Positions 1-10,445 of a stretch of DNA of 34,285 nucleotides are shown here, piece after piece. Every line of letters starts with the position of its first letter. Within the stretch, counting starts at the first letter, position 1. Source of the DNA: an uncultured delta proteobacterium. GTDB lineage: Bacteria; Desulfobacterota; Binatia; UBA9968. The stretch covers positions 1-34,285 of the forward strand of contig CAWJBB010000075.1 in NCBI GenBank assembly GCA_963840855.1, given 5' to 3'. The notes under the pieces were generated by a model. The model did no database searches. It had not been told where the DNA came from and saw nothing but the letters and a program-made list of their open reading frames with translations. A program made the translations under genes and the position numbers.

Positions 1-43
1 TGCTGCTGAGTTGCAAGACGAGTCTGAAATTCTCGGGTATTGA

Positions 44-1042
44 CTACCGTGCCAGATTTAGCTCGCGGCGGGCTTTTTCGAGAAAACTGTAATCGACGAT
101 TTGCTCAACGCCGAAGGGCTGGGAGACTTTGGAGTCTTCCCGCACCAAGTCGATCATCAGCTGCATGCCCTCGTTCTTGACTGACATGTCGCGGATCACG
201 CCGCGGTTTAGCTGCTGGAGCATCGCACCGGCGAGCCGGCGGTCGGAAAGCTTCCATTGCTTCATGATAATGCCGATGACTTCATCGCGGTTGCGCTGAT
301 CTAAACTAAAAATGAATCCGCGCAGCGTCGCCCGAACCATGCCGTAGACTTCGTCGGGACTCTCCTGGATCTTTTTGACCGAGGCGCCAAAACCGTTTTG
401 CGGAAAACTCACGATGTCACCAAGAAAGAGCAGCTCGTTGTAGCCTTTCTCCGTGGCAATGATGTTTTCCGGCACGCCGAGAAGCGCCGCATCGATCGTG
501 CCCGACTCCAGCGCTATCCATCGATTGTCTCGCAGCGGCACCACCGCGACATCGCGGCCGGGAACGAGACCGAAGTGTTTAAGCGCCAGGTCCGCCATCA
601 AAGTCGCCGTTCCGCCCGCGGTGCTGCCGGCGACCTTTTTACCCTTGAGATCGCGCGCCGAGCGGATTTCCTTCCTGGCGATAAAAGATTGCAGCGGGCG
701 GTCGACGGCACAGGCGAGGATCTTGGCGGGATTACCGCGCACGATGGTTTGAACGATGCCGTTTACGGCGGCGCTGTAGTCGAGATCGCCGCGCGCGAAA
801 GCCGCATTGACGGCTTGGGTTGCCATGAAGATGATTTCCAGGTCGATTCCCTGCTCGCGGTAAAAGCCCTTGTGATAGGCCACATGGAAAGGCAGAAAAC
901 CGATGTTGGTCGACTGCATACCCATCCTGACTTTTTTCGCAGACGTCTGCGCATGCACTTTCGCCTTTGCGGCGGCGAAAAGGAGAAACATCAAGCAACC
1001 GGCAAGGAAGGCCAGATGATTACCCAACACTCGGATCAGCAT
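44..1042 (-). CDS. ABC transporter substrate-binding protein, NMT1/THI5/SsuA-like (nitrate/sulfonate/taurine class)
   Basis: 332 aa ORF; N-terminal signal peptide; motifs KGFYREQGIDLE, DLKGKKVA, and C-terminal VDYSFLEKA typical of this family. Confidence 0.85.
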   Translation of the reverse strand: MLIRVLGNHLAFLAGCLMFLLFAAAKAKVHAQTSAKKVRMGMQSTNIGFLPFHVAYHKGFYREQGIDLEIIFMATQAVNAAFARGDLDYSAAVNGIVQTIVRGNPAKILACAVDRPLQSFIARKEIRSARDLKGKKVAGSTAGGTATLMADLALKHFGLVPGRDVAVVPLRDNRWIALESGTIDAALLGVPENIIATEKGYNELLFLGDIVSFPQNGFGASVKKIQESPDEVYGMVRATLRGFIFSLDQRNRDEVIGIIMKQWKLSDRRLAGAMLQQLNRGVIRDMSVKNEGMQLMIDLVREDSKVSQPFGVEQIVDYSFLEKARRELNLAR

Positions 1043-1278
1043 GAACGTCCATATACCGAATAAGCCGCTCGTCTGTCAATTTTCCATAGTCCGCGATCGG
1101 GGTTCAATATCGACGGATCAGGGCAATTTTCCACGCGTCTTTTCCCTCAACCAGGCCTGTGATAAATCACGAACCCGTCGAAGAAGGCGGCAAAGTGTGG
1201 TTGAACCTTCGGCCGGGTGGCCATAGCGCTTGGGCGCGGGTTGGCTGCATAGAGCGGAATGAAAGCGAGGAGTACACG

Positions 1279-2469
1279 ATGAAAATCACCGTCATGGGAA
1301 ATCAAAAGCCAAGGATTGCTTTTGCGCCGATGGCCGTTGCGTTGATGCTCTGGGGAATGGCTCTGCATCCAATCGACCCGGCCTACGGCGCCGTTGCCGG
1401 CAACTTCGACCAAGAATGGTCCAAGTTAGGCGCGCTGGCGAAGCAAGAGGGGATGGTTGCCATCGCCTCGGGCGGCGCGCCTTCCCGACAGTATCGCCCC
1501 GTGGTTGACTTCTTTCAAAAAAAATTCGGCGTCAAGGTCGAAGTGTCCACCGGCAACGCCACCGACACCGTGAACCGGATACTGGCCGAACGAAAGGCCG
1601 GAAAATATACCATGGACGTCGCGCTAATCAGCTCCCGCGAGAGCAATCAGAGGCTTTTCCCATCCGAATCCATTATTCCGCTGACGCCCCTGCTCATGCA
1701 TCCCGAGGTGTTGGATATGTCCGGCTGGTACCGGGGCAAACACTGGTACACCGACAAGGCATCCAGTTATGTCTTTATTTATCATGCCTCCAAAGAGGAT
1801 CAGTACGAGAGTTGGTATAACACCGACAAAATCAAGGAATCAGAAATCGCGGCCATAAAAAAACAGACCGATTTCTTCGACCCGCGCTGGAAAGGCAAGA
1901 TCGGCGGTCAAGGGATGGGCGACCCCTCCGGCATAAGACAGATGATCGATAGTTATTATGAGCCCGACCGGGGGCAGGAGTGGGTGCGAACATATCTGCT
2001 CAATGCGGGAGTGACGTTTTCGGACGATCGGCGGATTTTAGAAACCTGGCTTGTGGGCGGGAGATTTCCACTCCACGCCGTTGCCACGGGCAGCGAAGAA
2101 CTGATCGCCTTGGCGAAAAAAGGACTGCCCATCAAGCAGGTATTCTGGCCGAAACAAGTCGCCACGATACGCGCCGGCGGGTCGGGTTGCTGCATCTCGG
2201 CATTTGCCAATGCGCCGCATCCCAACGCGGCCAAGCTATTCATCAATTGGTTTCTTTCGAAGGAAGGCCAAACTTTGACGCATACCTTGATACCCAACCT
2301 CGACCGCTCGTCGCTGCGTAACGATATTCCCGCCGGTGAGGTGGTAATCGATCAGCGGCGCACCCCGGGCGTAGAATACGCTTTCCCCGACGCAGACCCC
2401 AAATTTGGCGCGCGCCAGGAAGAGGCGCAAAAATGGATCTATAAAATATGGGAGTCGAGGCAGAAATAA
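1279..2469 (+). CDS. ABC transporter extracellular solute-binding protein (Fe3+/thiamine/polyamine-like class)
   Basis: ORF 1159-2469; more likely start is ATG 1279 after a GAGGAG RBS; signal peptide; motifs AKQEG, DPRWKGKI, APHPNAAKLFINWFLSKEGQ. Confidence 0.85.
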   Translation: MKITVMGNQKPRIAFAPMAVALMLWGMALHPIDPAYGAVAGNFDQEWSKLGALAKQEGMVAIASGGAPSRQYRPVVDFFQKKFGVKVEVSTGNATDTVNRILAERKAGKYTMDVALISSRESNQRLFPSESIIPLTPLLMHPEVLDMSGWYRGKHWYTDKASSYVFIYHASKEDQYESWYNTDKIKESEIAAIKKQTDFFDPRWKGKIGGQGMGDPSGIRQMIDSYYEPDRGQEWVRTYLLNAGVTFSDDRRILETWLVGGRFPLHAVATGSEELIALAKKGLPIKQVFWPKQVATIRAGGSGCCISAFANAPHPNAAKLFINWFLSKEGQTLTHTLIPNLDRSSLRNDIPAGEVVIDQRRTPGVEYAFPDADPKFGARQEEAQKWIYKIWESRQK

Positions 2470-2473
2470 CTTC

Positions 2474-2595
2474 GGTTCAAATCGTACCAATCGTTCAAGC
2501 CGTTCAAGTCGTTATCCGGATGAGAGAAATTCATTCCAATTTCTGTTCGATCGAAAACGATTTGAACGTTTTGAACTGTTTGAACGGCTGGAACC
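2474..2595. repeat. Inverted arrays of 9-bp GTTCAA-core tandem repeats
   Basis: GTTCAAATC GTACCAATC GTTCAAGCC GTTCAAGTC ... GATTTGAAC GTTTTGAAC TGTTTGAAC GGCTGGAAC. Confidence 0.85.
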
Positions 2596-2609
2596 GGCCG
2601 CGCTAATCA

Positions 2610-4379
2610 ATGGAACACTCGCCTACATTAAACGAACTTCGCGCTGAACGGCGTGCCCCTGTTGTCCGTTTTGGTAGCGGTCATATAATAATGGCCGCCC
2701 TGCTGATCACCCTCGGCTACTTTCTCATTTGGCCGGTCATCCTGTTACTGATCAATAGCTTCAACACGGCTGCCGACTGGTTCGTTGAACCGCGCAGTTG
2801 GGGACTGACGCATTGGCAGAACGCGTTTCAACGGCCTGGCCTGCTCAAATCATTGGGCAATACGGTGCTCATCTGGTCACTGACCGTAGCTATAAGCTTC
2901 CCAATCGGCGTCACCATCGCCTGGGTCCTCGCGCGCACGCGGATTCCCTTCAGCCACATTTTGGAATTCCTGTTCTGGGTTTCTTACATGGTGCCCAGCC
3001 TGCCGACGACGATCGCGTGGATAACGTTGCTGGACCCGGATATCGGCGTGATCAACGTAGCGCTGACAAAACTGGGGCTGTTTGAGCAAGGACCTTTCAA
3101 CATCTTCAGCGTTCCCGGCATCGTTTGGGCTAATCTGATGGGTCACGGCATCTCCATCAAGGTCATGCTCATGACGCCGGCGTTTCGCAACATGGACGCG
3201 ACTCTGGAAGAAGCCGCGCGGGTCGGCGGCGCGAGCAACTTGAGAACGCTTTTCAGAATCACGCTGCCGCTCATGATGTCGCCGATGATGATGGTGTTTG
3301 CGCTGCAGCTCCTGCGCGTCTTTCAATCTTTTGAGACCGAATACCTGCTCGGCATGCCATTTGGATTCTATGTTTACTCGACCAAGATCTATTCGCTGAT
3401 TCGAAACCAGATTCCCAACTACGGCGAGGCGACGGTGCTGGCCAGCGTTACGCTGTCGATGATCGCGCTGATCATTCCGCTGCAACGCTGGATTCTCGAA
3501 CGGCGGCGCTACACGACTATCACCGGCAGTTTCCGGCCCGGGCTCATCGATCTCGGGCGATGGAACTATGTGAGTTTCGGCATTATCGCCACGCTGCTTG
3601 TCCTGCTCACCGTGGGACCGCTGTGCATCTTGGTGATGGGCAGTTTCATGACCCGCATCGGCTACTTCGTATTGGGGTTCACGCTGGATCATTGGAAGCT
3701 GGTACTGACCGATCCGGTGTTTCTAAAAGCCTTGCGCACCACACTGGCGCTTGGCAGCACGGCCGCCATCCTGAGCCCGCTGCTTTTTTCGATCATCGCT
3801 TATATATTGGTGCGGACGAAACTCCCGGGGCGCAACGCATTGGACTTGATGGTGTGGGGTGGTGGAGCGATTCCCGGCATCCTCGCCGGGCTTGGATTGT
3901 TGTGGATGTTTCTCGGTACGCCGGTGCTGCGCGACCTTTTTGGTACCCTCTGGGCGCTGATCATCGTCGTTGTTCTGCAGGGAAAGACGACCGGAGTCAA
4001 CGTCATGAAAGGCGTGCTGGTTCAAGTGGGCGCCGATATGGAAGAAGCGGCGCGGGTCGCAGGCGCCGGGTGGTTGAGAACCTACCTTCGCATCTGGCTG
4101 CCGTTGCTGATGCCTTCGCTGATCCTCCTGGCGGTCATGAACTTCGTGAGCGCCGCCGGCGCCACGGCCAGCATCATTCTACTCGCTTCACGGGAAACCA
4201 TGACGCTCTCGCTCATGGCTTTGGAATTGTCCTCGACGGGGGTCAGCAACCGCGAGGCGGCGAGCATCATCAGTATCTTCATCGTCGCCATCACCGTGTC
4301 GGGCGCGCTGGCGCTAAGACATTTTGGCCGGCGCCTGGGCGTACGTCACGATCTTACGGCCGGCGCGGCCGTAAGGTAA
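2610..4379 (+). CDS. Iron(III)-type ABC transporter permease (FbpB-like, two fused BPD_transp_1 domains)
   Basis: 589 aa, highly hydrophobic; two EAA motifs (LEEAARVGGAS, MEEAARVAGAG); follows the solute-binding gene. Confidence 0.88.
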   Translation: MEHSPTLNELRAERRAPVVRFGSGHIIMAALLITLGYFLIWPVILLLINSFNTAADWFVEPRSWGLTHWQNAFQRPGLLKSLGNTVLIWSLTVAISFPIGVTIAWVLARTRIPFSHILEFLFWVSYMVPSLPTTIAWITLLDPDIGVINVALTKLGLFEQGPFNIFSVPGIVWANLMGHGISIKVMLMTPAFRNMDATLEEAARVGGASNLRTLFRITLPLMMSPMMMVFALQLLRVFQSFETEYLLGMPFGFYVYSTKIYSLIRNQIPNYGEATVLASVTLSMIALIIPLQRWILERRRYTTITGSFRPGLIDLGRWNYVSFGIIATLLVLLTVGPLCILVMGSFMTRIGYFVLGFTLDHWKLVLTDPVFLKALRTTLALGSTAAILSPLLFSIIAYILVRTKLPGRNALDLMVWGGGAIPGILAGLGLLWMFLGTPVLRDLFGTLWALIIVVVLQGKTTGVNVMKGVLVQVGADMEEAARVAGAGWLRTYLRIWLPLLMPSLILLAVMNFVSAAGATASIILLASRETMTLSLMALELSSTGVSNREAASIISIFIVAITVSGALALRHFGRRLGVRHDLTAGAAVR

Positions 4380-4380
4380 C

Positions 4381-4524
4381 GTTCAAGGTTCAAAGTTCAA
4401 GGTTCAACGTCTCGGATCCTAACCCGGATCCACGACATTTTTCGCGTTCGAGAAGTAAGCCTCGGTCGGGCCAAGACCCGGAATCGGATTGAAAACCTTG
4501 AACTTTGAACGTTGAACATTGAAC
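4381..4524. repeat. Inverted arrays of 7-bp GTTCAAN tandem repeats
   Basis: GTTCAAG GTTCAAA GTTCAAG GTTCAAC (4381-4408) and CTTGAAC TTTGAAC GTTGAAC ATTGAAC (4497-4524). Confidence 0.9.
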
Positions 4525-4595
4525 TGACGAAGTTTGAACCGCCAAAGGCTGCGCCGTTGCTAACCCGAGTCCGCTAGATTATTCTTACAAGTTAC

Positions 4596-6335
4596 ATGGG
4601 CCGCTTGAAGTATTACCTCCGGCGCTATTGGCGGCGCTATTTTTTGGGTGCGTTTTGTCTACTGGTCACCGTGACCTTGGTGATGTGGATACCGTGGTGG
4701 ATCCGCGAAGCGGTGCGCATCATCGAACAGGGCGGCTCGCTCAGCGACGTGACCTTTTACGCAGGGTTGATCGGCGCGGCGGCATTGGCGCAGGGGTTGG
4801 TGCGTACTTACTCCCGCGCTTTGATTTTCAACGCCGGGCGCAACGTCGAGTACGATCTGCGCAACGATCTTTTCGCTCACCTGCAGAAGCTGCCGGTTTC
4901 CTTTTACCAGTCCCAACGGACCGGTGACCTGATGTCGCGGCTGATCAACGACATCTCCGCCGTGCGCGTGATGCTCGGCCCCGGCTTTCTCAATTTCATC
5001 AGCGCGCCGCTTTATTTTATTTATGCTCTCGCATTGATGTTCTCGATGGACGCGCGCATGACGCTGGCGGCGTTGGCGCCGTTTCCTGTTCTCATCCTCG
5101 CGGTGGGCAAGTTTCGCGGCCAGATCATGAAACGCTCCATGGAAGTGCAGCAGCAACTGTCGGCGCTCAGCAGCCACGTCCAAGAGAATCTTAGCGGCAT
5201 GCATGTGGTCAAAGCCTACGCCCAGGAGAAGTTCCAGACGGAAGAGTTTGTTCGGCTGAACGAAGACTATCAGCAAAAGAGCATGGAGGTGGCGCGGCTG
5301 CGCGGTATTATCACGCCGGTGATGCAGGGCATCAATGGACTTACGATCCTGATCGTCATCTGGTACGGCGGTATTCGCGTTGCTCGCGGCGACCTGCTGG
5401 TGGCCGATATCGTCGCCTTTATCGCCTACTTGAATGTCCTGGCTTGGCCCACCGCGGCCTTCGGCTGGATGTTTTCGTTGGTGGAGCGAGGGCGCGCGGC
5501 CATGAAGCGCCTGGAAGAGCTTTTCAAGATCGAGCCGGCCATCGCCGACGGCGAGTCGACACAGCCATTGCGCGGCCTCAAACAGGGTATCGAATTCCGC
5601 AATATCTCATTCGCTTATGGGCGGCAGAAAAACGGCTACGGCGCCCTTAACGGCGTCAGTTTTTCCCTCTCCGTCGGACGCACCGTGGGGCTGGTTGGGC
5701 GCATCGGGTCGGGCAAGAGCACCGTGGCGCAATTGGTGCCGCGCTTGTTCGACGTCGGCGGCGGGGAAATTCTCCTGGATGGCCAGGATATCCGCAAGCT
5801 CTCTTTGCGCGATCTGCGCCAAACGCTCGGCTATGTGCCCCAGGACCCGTTTCTCTTTTCCACGTCGCTCAGGCGCAACCTCGCCTTCGGCCGTGACGAC
5901 GTGACTGAAGACGAGCTCAAGCGCGCCGCGGCCATCGCCAGGCTTGACCGGGACCTGGAAGTCTTTCCGGAGAAATTGGACACCATCGTGGGGGAGCGCG
6001 GCGTGACGCTCTCCGGCGGGCAAAAGCAGCGCGCGACGCTGGCTCGGGCGCTGGTGATGGACCCGCCTGTGTTGATTCTCGATGACTGCCTCTCCAGCGT
6101 CGATGCGCAGACGGAAGCTGAAATACTGCGCGGTCTAAGATCCATCCTTAAGGAAAAAACCTGCCTCATCATCTCGCACCGGATTTCCGCCGTGAAAGAG
6201 GCCGACGAAATACTCGTCCTCGACGACGGCCGAATCATCGAGCGCGGCAGCCACGACGAGCTGGTGCGCCGTGGGGGAGTGTACGCCGAGCTCTACCAGC
6301 AGCAGCGTTTAAGCGAGGAGTTGGAACAGATTTAG
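4596..6335 (+). CDS. ABC exporter, fused permease/ATP-binding subunit (MdlA/YheI-like)
   Basis: N-terminal TMD; Walker A GRIGSGKST; signature LSGGQKQR; Walker B ILDD. Confidence 0.92.
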   Translation: MGRLKYYLRRYWRRYFLGAFCLLVTVTLVMWIPWWIREAVRIIEQGGSLSDVTFYAGLIGAAALAQGLVRTYSRALIFNAGRNVEYDLRNDLFAHLQKLPVSFYQSQRTGDLMSRLINDISAVRVMLGPGFLNFISAPLYFIYALALMFSMDARMTLAALAPFPVLILAVGKFRGQIMKRSMEVQQQLSALSSHVQENLSGMHVVKAYAQEKFQTEEFVRLNEDYQQKSMEVARLRGIITPVMQGINGLTILIVIWYGGIRVARGDLLVADIVAFIAYLNVLAWPTAAFGWMFSLVERGRAAMKRLEELFKIEPAIADGESTQPLRGLKQGIEFRNISFAYGRQKNGYGALNGVSFSLSVGRTVGLVGRIGSGKSTVAQLVPRLFDVGGGEILLDGQDIRKLSLRDLRQTLGYVPQDPFLFSTSLRRNLAFGRDDVTEDELKRAAAIARLDRDLEVFPEKLDTIVGERGVTLSGGQKQRATLARALVMDPPVLILDDCLSSVDAQTEAEILRGLRSILKEKTCLIISHRISAVKEADEILVLDDGRIIERGSHDELVRRGGVYAELYQQQRLSEELEQI

Positions 6336-8153
6336 ATGGCCGAGTTGCCGCACCAAGAAGAGGTTTTTGGCAAAGCATACGATTTTCGGCTGATCAAACG
6401 GCTGTGGCGGTTTATTCTACCTTACCGGCGGTTGTTTCTAGCGGCGATGCTGCTCTTGCCATTGCAGCAGGCCTTTGGCCTGGCCCAGCCCTATCTCATG
6501 AAGATCGGCATCGACCAGTACATCGCCAACCGGGATCTCGGGGGCCTTCAGAACGTGGGGCTGCTTTTCCTGGGCGCGCTGGCGGGCGAAACCGTGACGG
6601 CGTTTTTCCATTTTTATCTCACCATGCTGGTGGCTCAGCGCTGCCTCGCCGACCTGCGCGTGGCGGTGTTTGCCCATGTGCAAAAACTCCCCATGAGCTA
6701 TTTCGACCGCAACCCGGTGGGCCGGCTGGTCACGCGCATGACCAGCGACGTGGACGTGCTGCAAGAGATGTTTTCTTCCGGCGTGATGACGCTGATTTCG
6801 GATTTTGTCATGGTGCTCTGGATCGTCGCCATCATGTTTTACCTCGATGTCAGGCTGGCGCTCGTGTCCCTGGCATTGATCCCGCCGATGGCCATCGCCA
6901 TCAATTTTTTCCGCGGCAAGGCGCGCCAGACCTACCGCTTGATCCGCGTGCGCCTCGCGCGCATCAATGCCTATCTGGGCGAAGCGATCTCCGGCATGGC
7001 GGTGATCCAGCTCTTTGCCCGGGAAGGCAGGAGTTACCGCGACTTCGACGATCTTAACTCCTCTCACCGGGACGCGTATCATCTATCGAATCTCTATGAA
7101 GCGGCGCTTTACTCGATGGTGGAAGCGGCGGGCTCGGTGAGCGTCGCGCTGCTGCTCTGGTACGGCGGCGGCGCAGCGCTGCAGGGCGCGGTGGGCATCG
7201 GCACGCTAGTGGCATTCAAAGAATATCTCCATCGGTTTTTCGTGCCGCTGCGCGACTTCAGCCAAAAGTACGCCGTGATGCAATCGGCGATGTCCTCGGC
7301 GGAAAGAATCTTTCAACTGCTCGACACGCCGGTTTTGATCGAGAGCCCGAAGAACGCCGTCGTGCCCACGCCGTTTCGCGGCGAAGTGGTTTTCGACAAC
7401 GTCTGGTTTCACTACAAGCCGGGCGATCTGGTGCTCAAGGGCGTGTCGTTCAGAATCGCGCCGGGTGAGAAAGTCGCCGTGGTCGGCGCCACGGGTTCGG
7501 GAAAGACCACGATCATCAGGTTGCTCAACCGCTTCTACGATATTCAGCAGGGCTCGATCAAAGTAGACGGGGTTGACGTGCGCCAGTGGGATCTCCAGGC
7601 GCTCAGGCGCCATATCGGCGTCGTGCTCCAGGATGTTTTTCTTTTTTCCGGCGACGTGCGCGGCAATCTGGCGCTGGGCGACCCAAATGTGCCGATGACG
7701 CGCATCGAGGCGGCGGCGCGCTCCGCCAACGCGGACGATTTTATCCGGCAGCTGCCCGATGGGTTTGGCGCTCTGGTGCGCGAGCGCGGCAGTAACTTTT
7801 CCGGCGGGCAGCGCCAGCTCCTGTCACTAGCCCGGGTTCTGGTGTTCGAACCGGAGATTCTCGTCATGGACGAGGCGACTTCCAGCGTCGACAGCGAAAC
7901 CGAAGCGCTGATCCAGGACGCGCTGGAAAAGGTCATGCAGAAGCGCACCTGTCTATTGATCGCGCACCGCCTTTCGACGATTTGCAATGCCGACCGAATC
8001 ATCGTGCTGCACCATGGTGAAGTGCGCGAGGTGGGTTCCCACGCCGAACTGATGGCGCGGGGCGGTATTTATCACCGTCTCTATCAATTACAATACGAAC
8101 GGGAAGAGTTGAAGCTCGTCAGCCATGAGCCGGCGCAAAAGGTCATCGCATAG
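6336..8153 (+). CDS. ABC exporter, fused permease/ATP-binding subunit (MdlB/YheH-like partner)
   Basis: Starts immediately after the previous stop; Walker A GATGSGKTT; FSGGQRQ; Walker B VMDEATS; H-loop IAHRL. Confidence 0.92.
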   Translation: MAELPHQEEVFGKAYDFRLIKRLWRFILPYRRLFLAAMLLLPLQQAFGLAQPYLMKIGIDQYIANRDLGGLQNVGLLFLGALAGETVTAFFHFYLTMLVAQRCLADLRVAVFAHVQKLPMSYFDRNPVGRLVTRMTSDVDVLQEMFSSGVMTLISDFVMVLWIVAIMFYLDVRLALVSLALIPPMAIAINFFRGKARQTYRLIRVRLARINAYLGEAISGMAVIQLFAREGRSYRDFDDLNSSHRDAYHLSNLYEAALYSMVEAAGSVSVALLLWYGGGAALQGAVGIGTLVAFKEYLHRFFVPLRDFSQKYAVMQSAMSSAERIFQLLDTPVLIESPKNAVVPTPFRGEVVFDNVWFHYKPGDLVLKGVSFRIAPGEKVAVVGATGSGKTTIIRLLNRFYDIQQGSIKVDGVDVRQWDLQALRRHIGVVLQDVFLFSGDVRGNLALGDPNVPMTRIEAAARSANADDFIRQLPDGFGALVRERGSNFSGGQRQLLSLARVLVFEPEILVMDEATSSVDSETEALIQDALEKVMQKRTCLLIAHRLSTICNADRIIVLHHGEVREVGSHAELMARGGIYHRLYQLQYEREELKLVSHEPAQKVIA

Positions 8154-8273
8154 CGGACTGCTGAAAAATTCTGAATATCGTGCTCGTCTTCTCGTGCTCG
8201 GATGAACACGAACCACGAACACGAGTCACGAAGGTCGCATGCTCCGCCTCTGAGATCTATTTGAGCAGGCTGC
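8153..8273. repeat. MITE/REP-like element with terminal inverted repeats and internal CTCGTG/CACGA repeats
   Basis: GCGGACTGCTGAAA ... TTTGAGCAGGCTGC (11/14 inverted match); inside, TCGTGCTCG repeats face CACGAA/CACGAG repeats. Confidence 0.55.
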
Positions 8274-9361
8274 GATTTAGGAATAATAGTTCCCGCCGGG
8301 TTTTCGGTTGCCTACTCCTCGTTACGCTCATCGGCTCTGGGCTTTCCGCTTGTTCGCCATTTTATGTGCTGCGAGCGGCCTACGAAGAGGGGATGATTCT
8401 CTGGCGGCGCGAATCCATTGCCGATTATCTGCAAAAGCCGGAGATAAATGCCGACACGCAAGATAAACTCAAACTCGTTCTGGCCGTGCGCCAGTATGCG
8501 CGCGACGTACTCAAGATGAACGTCGGCGGCAGCTATTCAAGTTATTCTTATGTCGACCGGCCCGATCTCTCATTCCTTCTTACCGCGGCGCCCAAGACGG
8601 AGTTAAAACCGTATACCTGGTGGTTTCTCATCGTCGGGCGGGTGCCGTATAAGGGATATTTTTCGAAAAGCGACGCCGAACTAGCCGCCGCCGAGCTGCA
8701 AGCCGCCGGCTATGACACAAACATCCGCTCCACTGCGGCATTCAGCACCCTCGGCTGGTTCGACGACCCGCTGCTCTCGCACCTTTTGCGTTACGACAAA
8801 ATAACGCTTGCCGAAGTGGTGTTTCACGAGCTGTTTCACAATACCCTCTATATCAAGGGCGCCGGCGCGTTCAATGAAAGTATGGCCAACTTCGTCGGCG
8901 GTCGCGCCGCCATCGATTTTTTCCGCGACAAATCCGGCGAGGGCAGCGCCGAGCACCGGCGCGCGCTGGAGGCCTGGGATAACGAGCTGGAATTTTCCGC
9001 TTTCATCGAACAGCTCGGTGCCGATCTGACAACCCTCTACGGGATGGAAATGCCGTTGTCGGAAAAGCTTCGCGAACGCGACAAAGTTTTCGCCGAGGGT
9101 AAGGAGCGGTGGGCGGGTCAGGTCGCAGGCAACCCGTCGCACCGTTTTCGCAACTTTCCCAAGCAACCATTGAATAACGCCGTCATGGTTCATTATCTGC
9201 TCTACTTTAAAGAATTGCGGCTCTTTCAGGCGCTGTACGAAACGCAAGGCAACGACTTGAACAAAACCATCAGCGTGATCCGCGCAGCGGTGGCTGACGG
9301 CGGCGAGCCGTTCGAGGCGGTGAGAGGACGGGTGAAGATAATGATGACGGCAGAAGACTGA
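8261..9361 (+). CDS. Putative Zn-dependent aminopeptidase lipoprotein
   Basis: ORF 8180-9361; start uncertain because the 5' part overlaps a repeat (in-frame TTG at 8261); lipobox LSAC; motifs VPYKGYF, AFSTLGWFDDP, HELFH...NES. Confidence 0.8.
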   Translation: MSRLRFRNNSSRRVFGCLLLVTLIGSGLSACSPFYVLRAAYEEGMILWRRESIADYLQKPEINADTQDKLKLVLAVRQYARDVLKMNVGGSYSSYSYVDRPDLSFLLTAAPKTELKPYTWWFLIVGRVPYKGYFSKSDAELAAAELQAAGYDTNIRSTAAFSTLGWFDDPLLSHLLRYDKITLAEVVFHELFHNTLYIKGAGAFNESMANFVGGRAAIDFFRDKSGEGSAEHRRALEAWDNELEFSAFIEQLGADLTTLYGMEMPLSEKLRERDKVFAEGKERWAGQVAGNPSHRFRNFPKQPLNNAVMVHYLLYFKELRLFQALYETQGNDLNKTISVIRAAVADGGEPFEAVRGRVKIMMTAED

Positions 9362-9401
9362 TAATCGAAGGCGGATTTAGATCGACGGATCAGAGACGGC
9401 G

Positions 9402-10274
9402 CTACCCGATTGACGCCGTTGTTTCGCGGAAGCGGCGGATGGCTTCGATGTGCGCGCTCGGGGTTGCCAGACCGGCTTTCATGGTATTGACCGTGAGGTG
9501 GGTTGCGCCTAGTTGCTTCCACGCTTTGACGTCGCTAATCCATTCGTCTGGCGGGCGCCGACCGATAGCCAAACGACCTTCGATACCGATGGCCGCAGGA
9601 TCTCTCCCGGCTGCCCGTGCGTGAGCGAAGATTTTGTCAATAGCCGCCCGGCATTTTTCGTCGGGGCTGAACTGGGGAAACCAGCCGTCGCCAAGGCGCG
9701 CGATCCGATCCAAAACACGATCGTCGGTGCCACCGAACCAGATCGGAATTGGCCGTTGCACCGGCATCGGATTGATCCCGGCGTCGGTGATCTTGTGCCA
9801 GCGGCCTTCATAGGTAACTGGATTCTGCGTCCAGAGTTTGCGCATCACGTCGACTTGCTCTTCGCAGCGGCGCCCGCGGTCGTGGAAATTTGCACCGAGC
9901 GCTTCGTACTCCACCGGGTTCCAGCCGATGCCGATACCGAGGCGAAGCCTGCCACCGCATAGAACGTCCAGAGCGGCGGCCTGTTTGGCGACCAGGACGG
10001 TTTGGCGCTGGGGTAGTATGATGATGCCCGTAACGAGTTCGATGGATTTGGTAATTCCAGCGAGGAAACCGAACAGAACAAAGGGCTCGTGAAACACGTC
10101 CAAATGAGAATAGGGCGGGCGCCAGCCCGGCCGGCTGGCAAGGTTGGCGCCGATCACGTGATCATAAGCGAGTATATGCTGATATCCCAGGTCCTCCGCA
10201 GTTTGGGCGAAATCCCGGATTACGGCCGGGTCGGCGCCGATTTCAGTCTGGGGAAAAACTACGCCAATTTGCAT
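9402..10274 (-). CDS. LLM class F420-dependent oxidoreductase
   Basis: MQIGVVFPQTEIG, YDHV, ILPQRQTVLVAKQAA, GIGIGWN, PIPIWFGG motifs. Confidence 0.9.
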   Translation of the reverse strand: MQIGVVFPQTEIGADPAVIRDFAQTAEDLGYQHILAYDHVIGANLASRPGWRPPYSHLDVFHEPFVLFGFLAGITKSIELVTGIIILPQRQTVLVAKQAAALDVLCGGRLRLGIGIGWNPVEYEALGANFHDRGRRCEEQVDVMRKLWTQNPVTYEGRWHKITDAGINPMPVQRPIPIWFGGTDDRVLDRIARLGDGWFPQFSPDEKCRAAIDKIFAHARAAGRDPAAIGIEGRLAIGRRPPDEWISDVKAWKQLGATHLTVNTMKAGLATPSAHIEAIRRFRETTASIG

Positions 10275-10445
10275 GGGGGAACTCCTTGCCGCGGGAGGCG
10301 GCGATTCTTCGATGTTTTTGGCTCTCTAAATTGGGCCTTTCTGGGTCTTGCTTTTTCGCTATCGCGTGCGCAAATTGAGCGCTGTGAGTTTTACCTTGAC
10401 TTACTTAGCGATTATTCTAGGATTATTCCATAAGGGGGACCGGAT

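Noticed and set aside
2474-4524. GTTCAA arrays as CRISPR repeats
   Set aside because: Units are 7-9 bp tandem repeats with no unique spacers
398-10141. Many long overlapping or antisense ORFs (e.g. 398-1063, 2877-3692, 3560-4492, 6404-7057)
   Set aside because: Shadow frames of well-supported genes in GC-rich DNA
10396-10423. htpX promoter TTGACT-N16-TAGGAT
   Set aside because: Plausible but weak (16-bp spacer); no clear sigma-32 or CIRCE motif, so not listed as a feature
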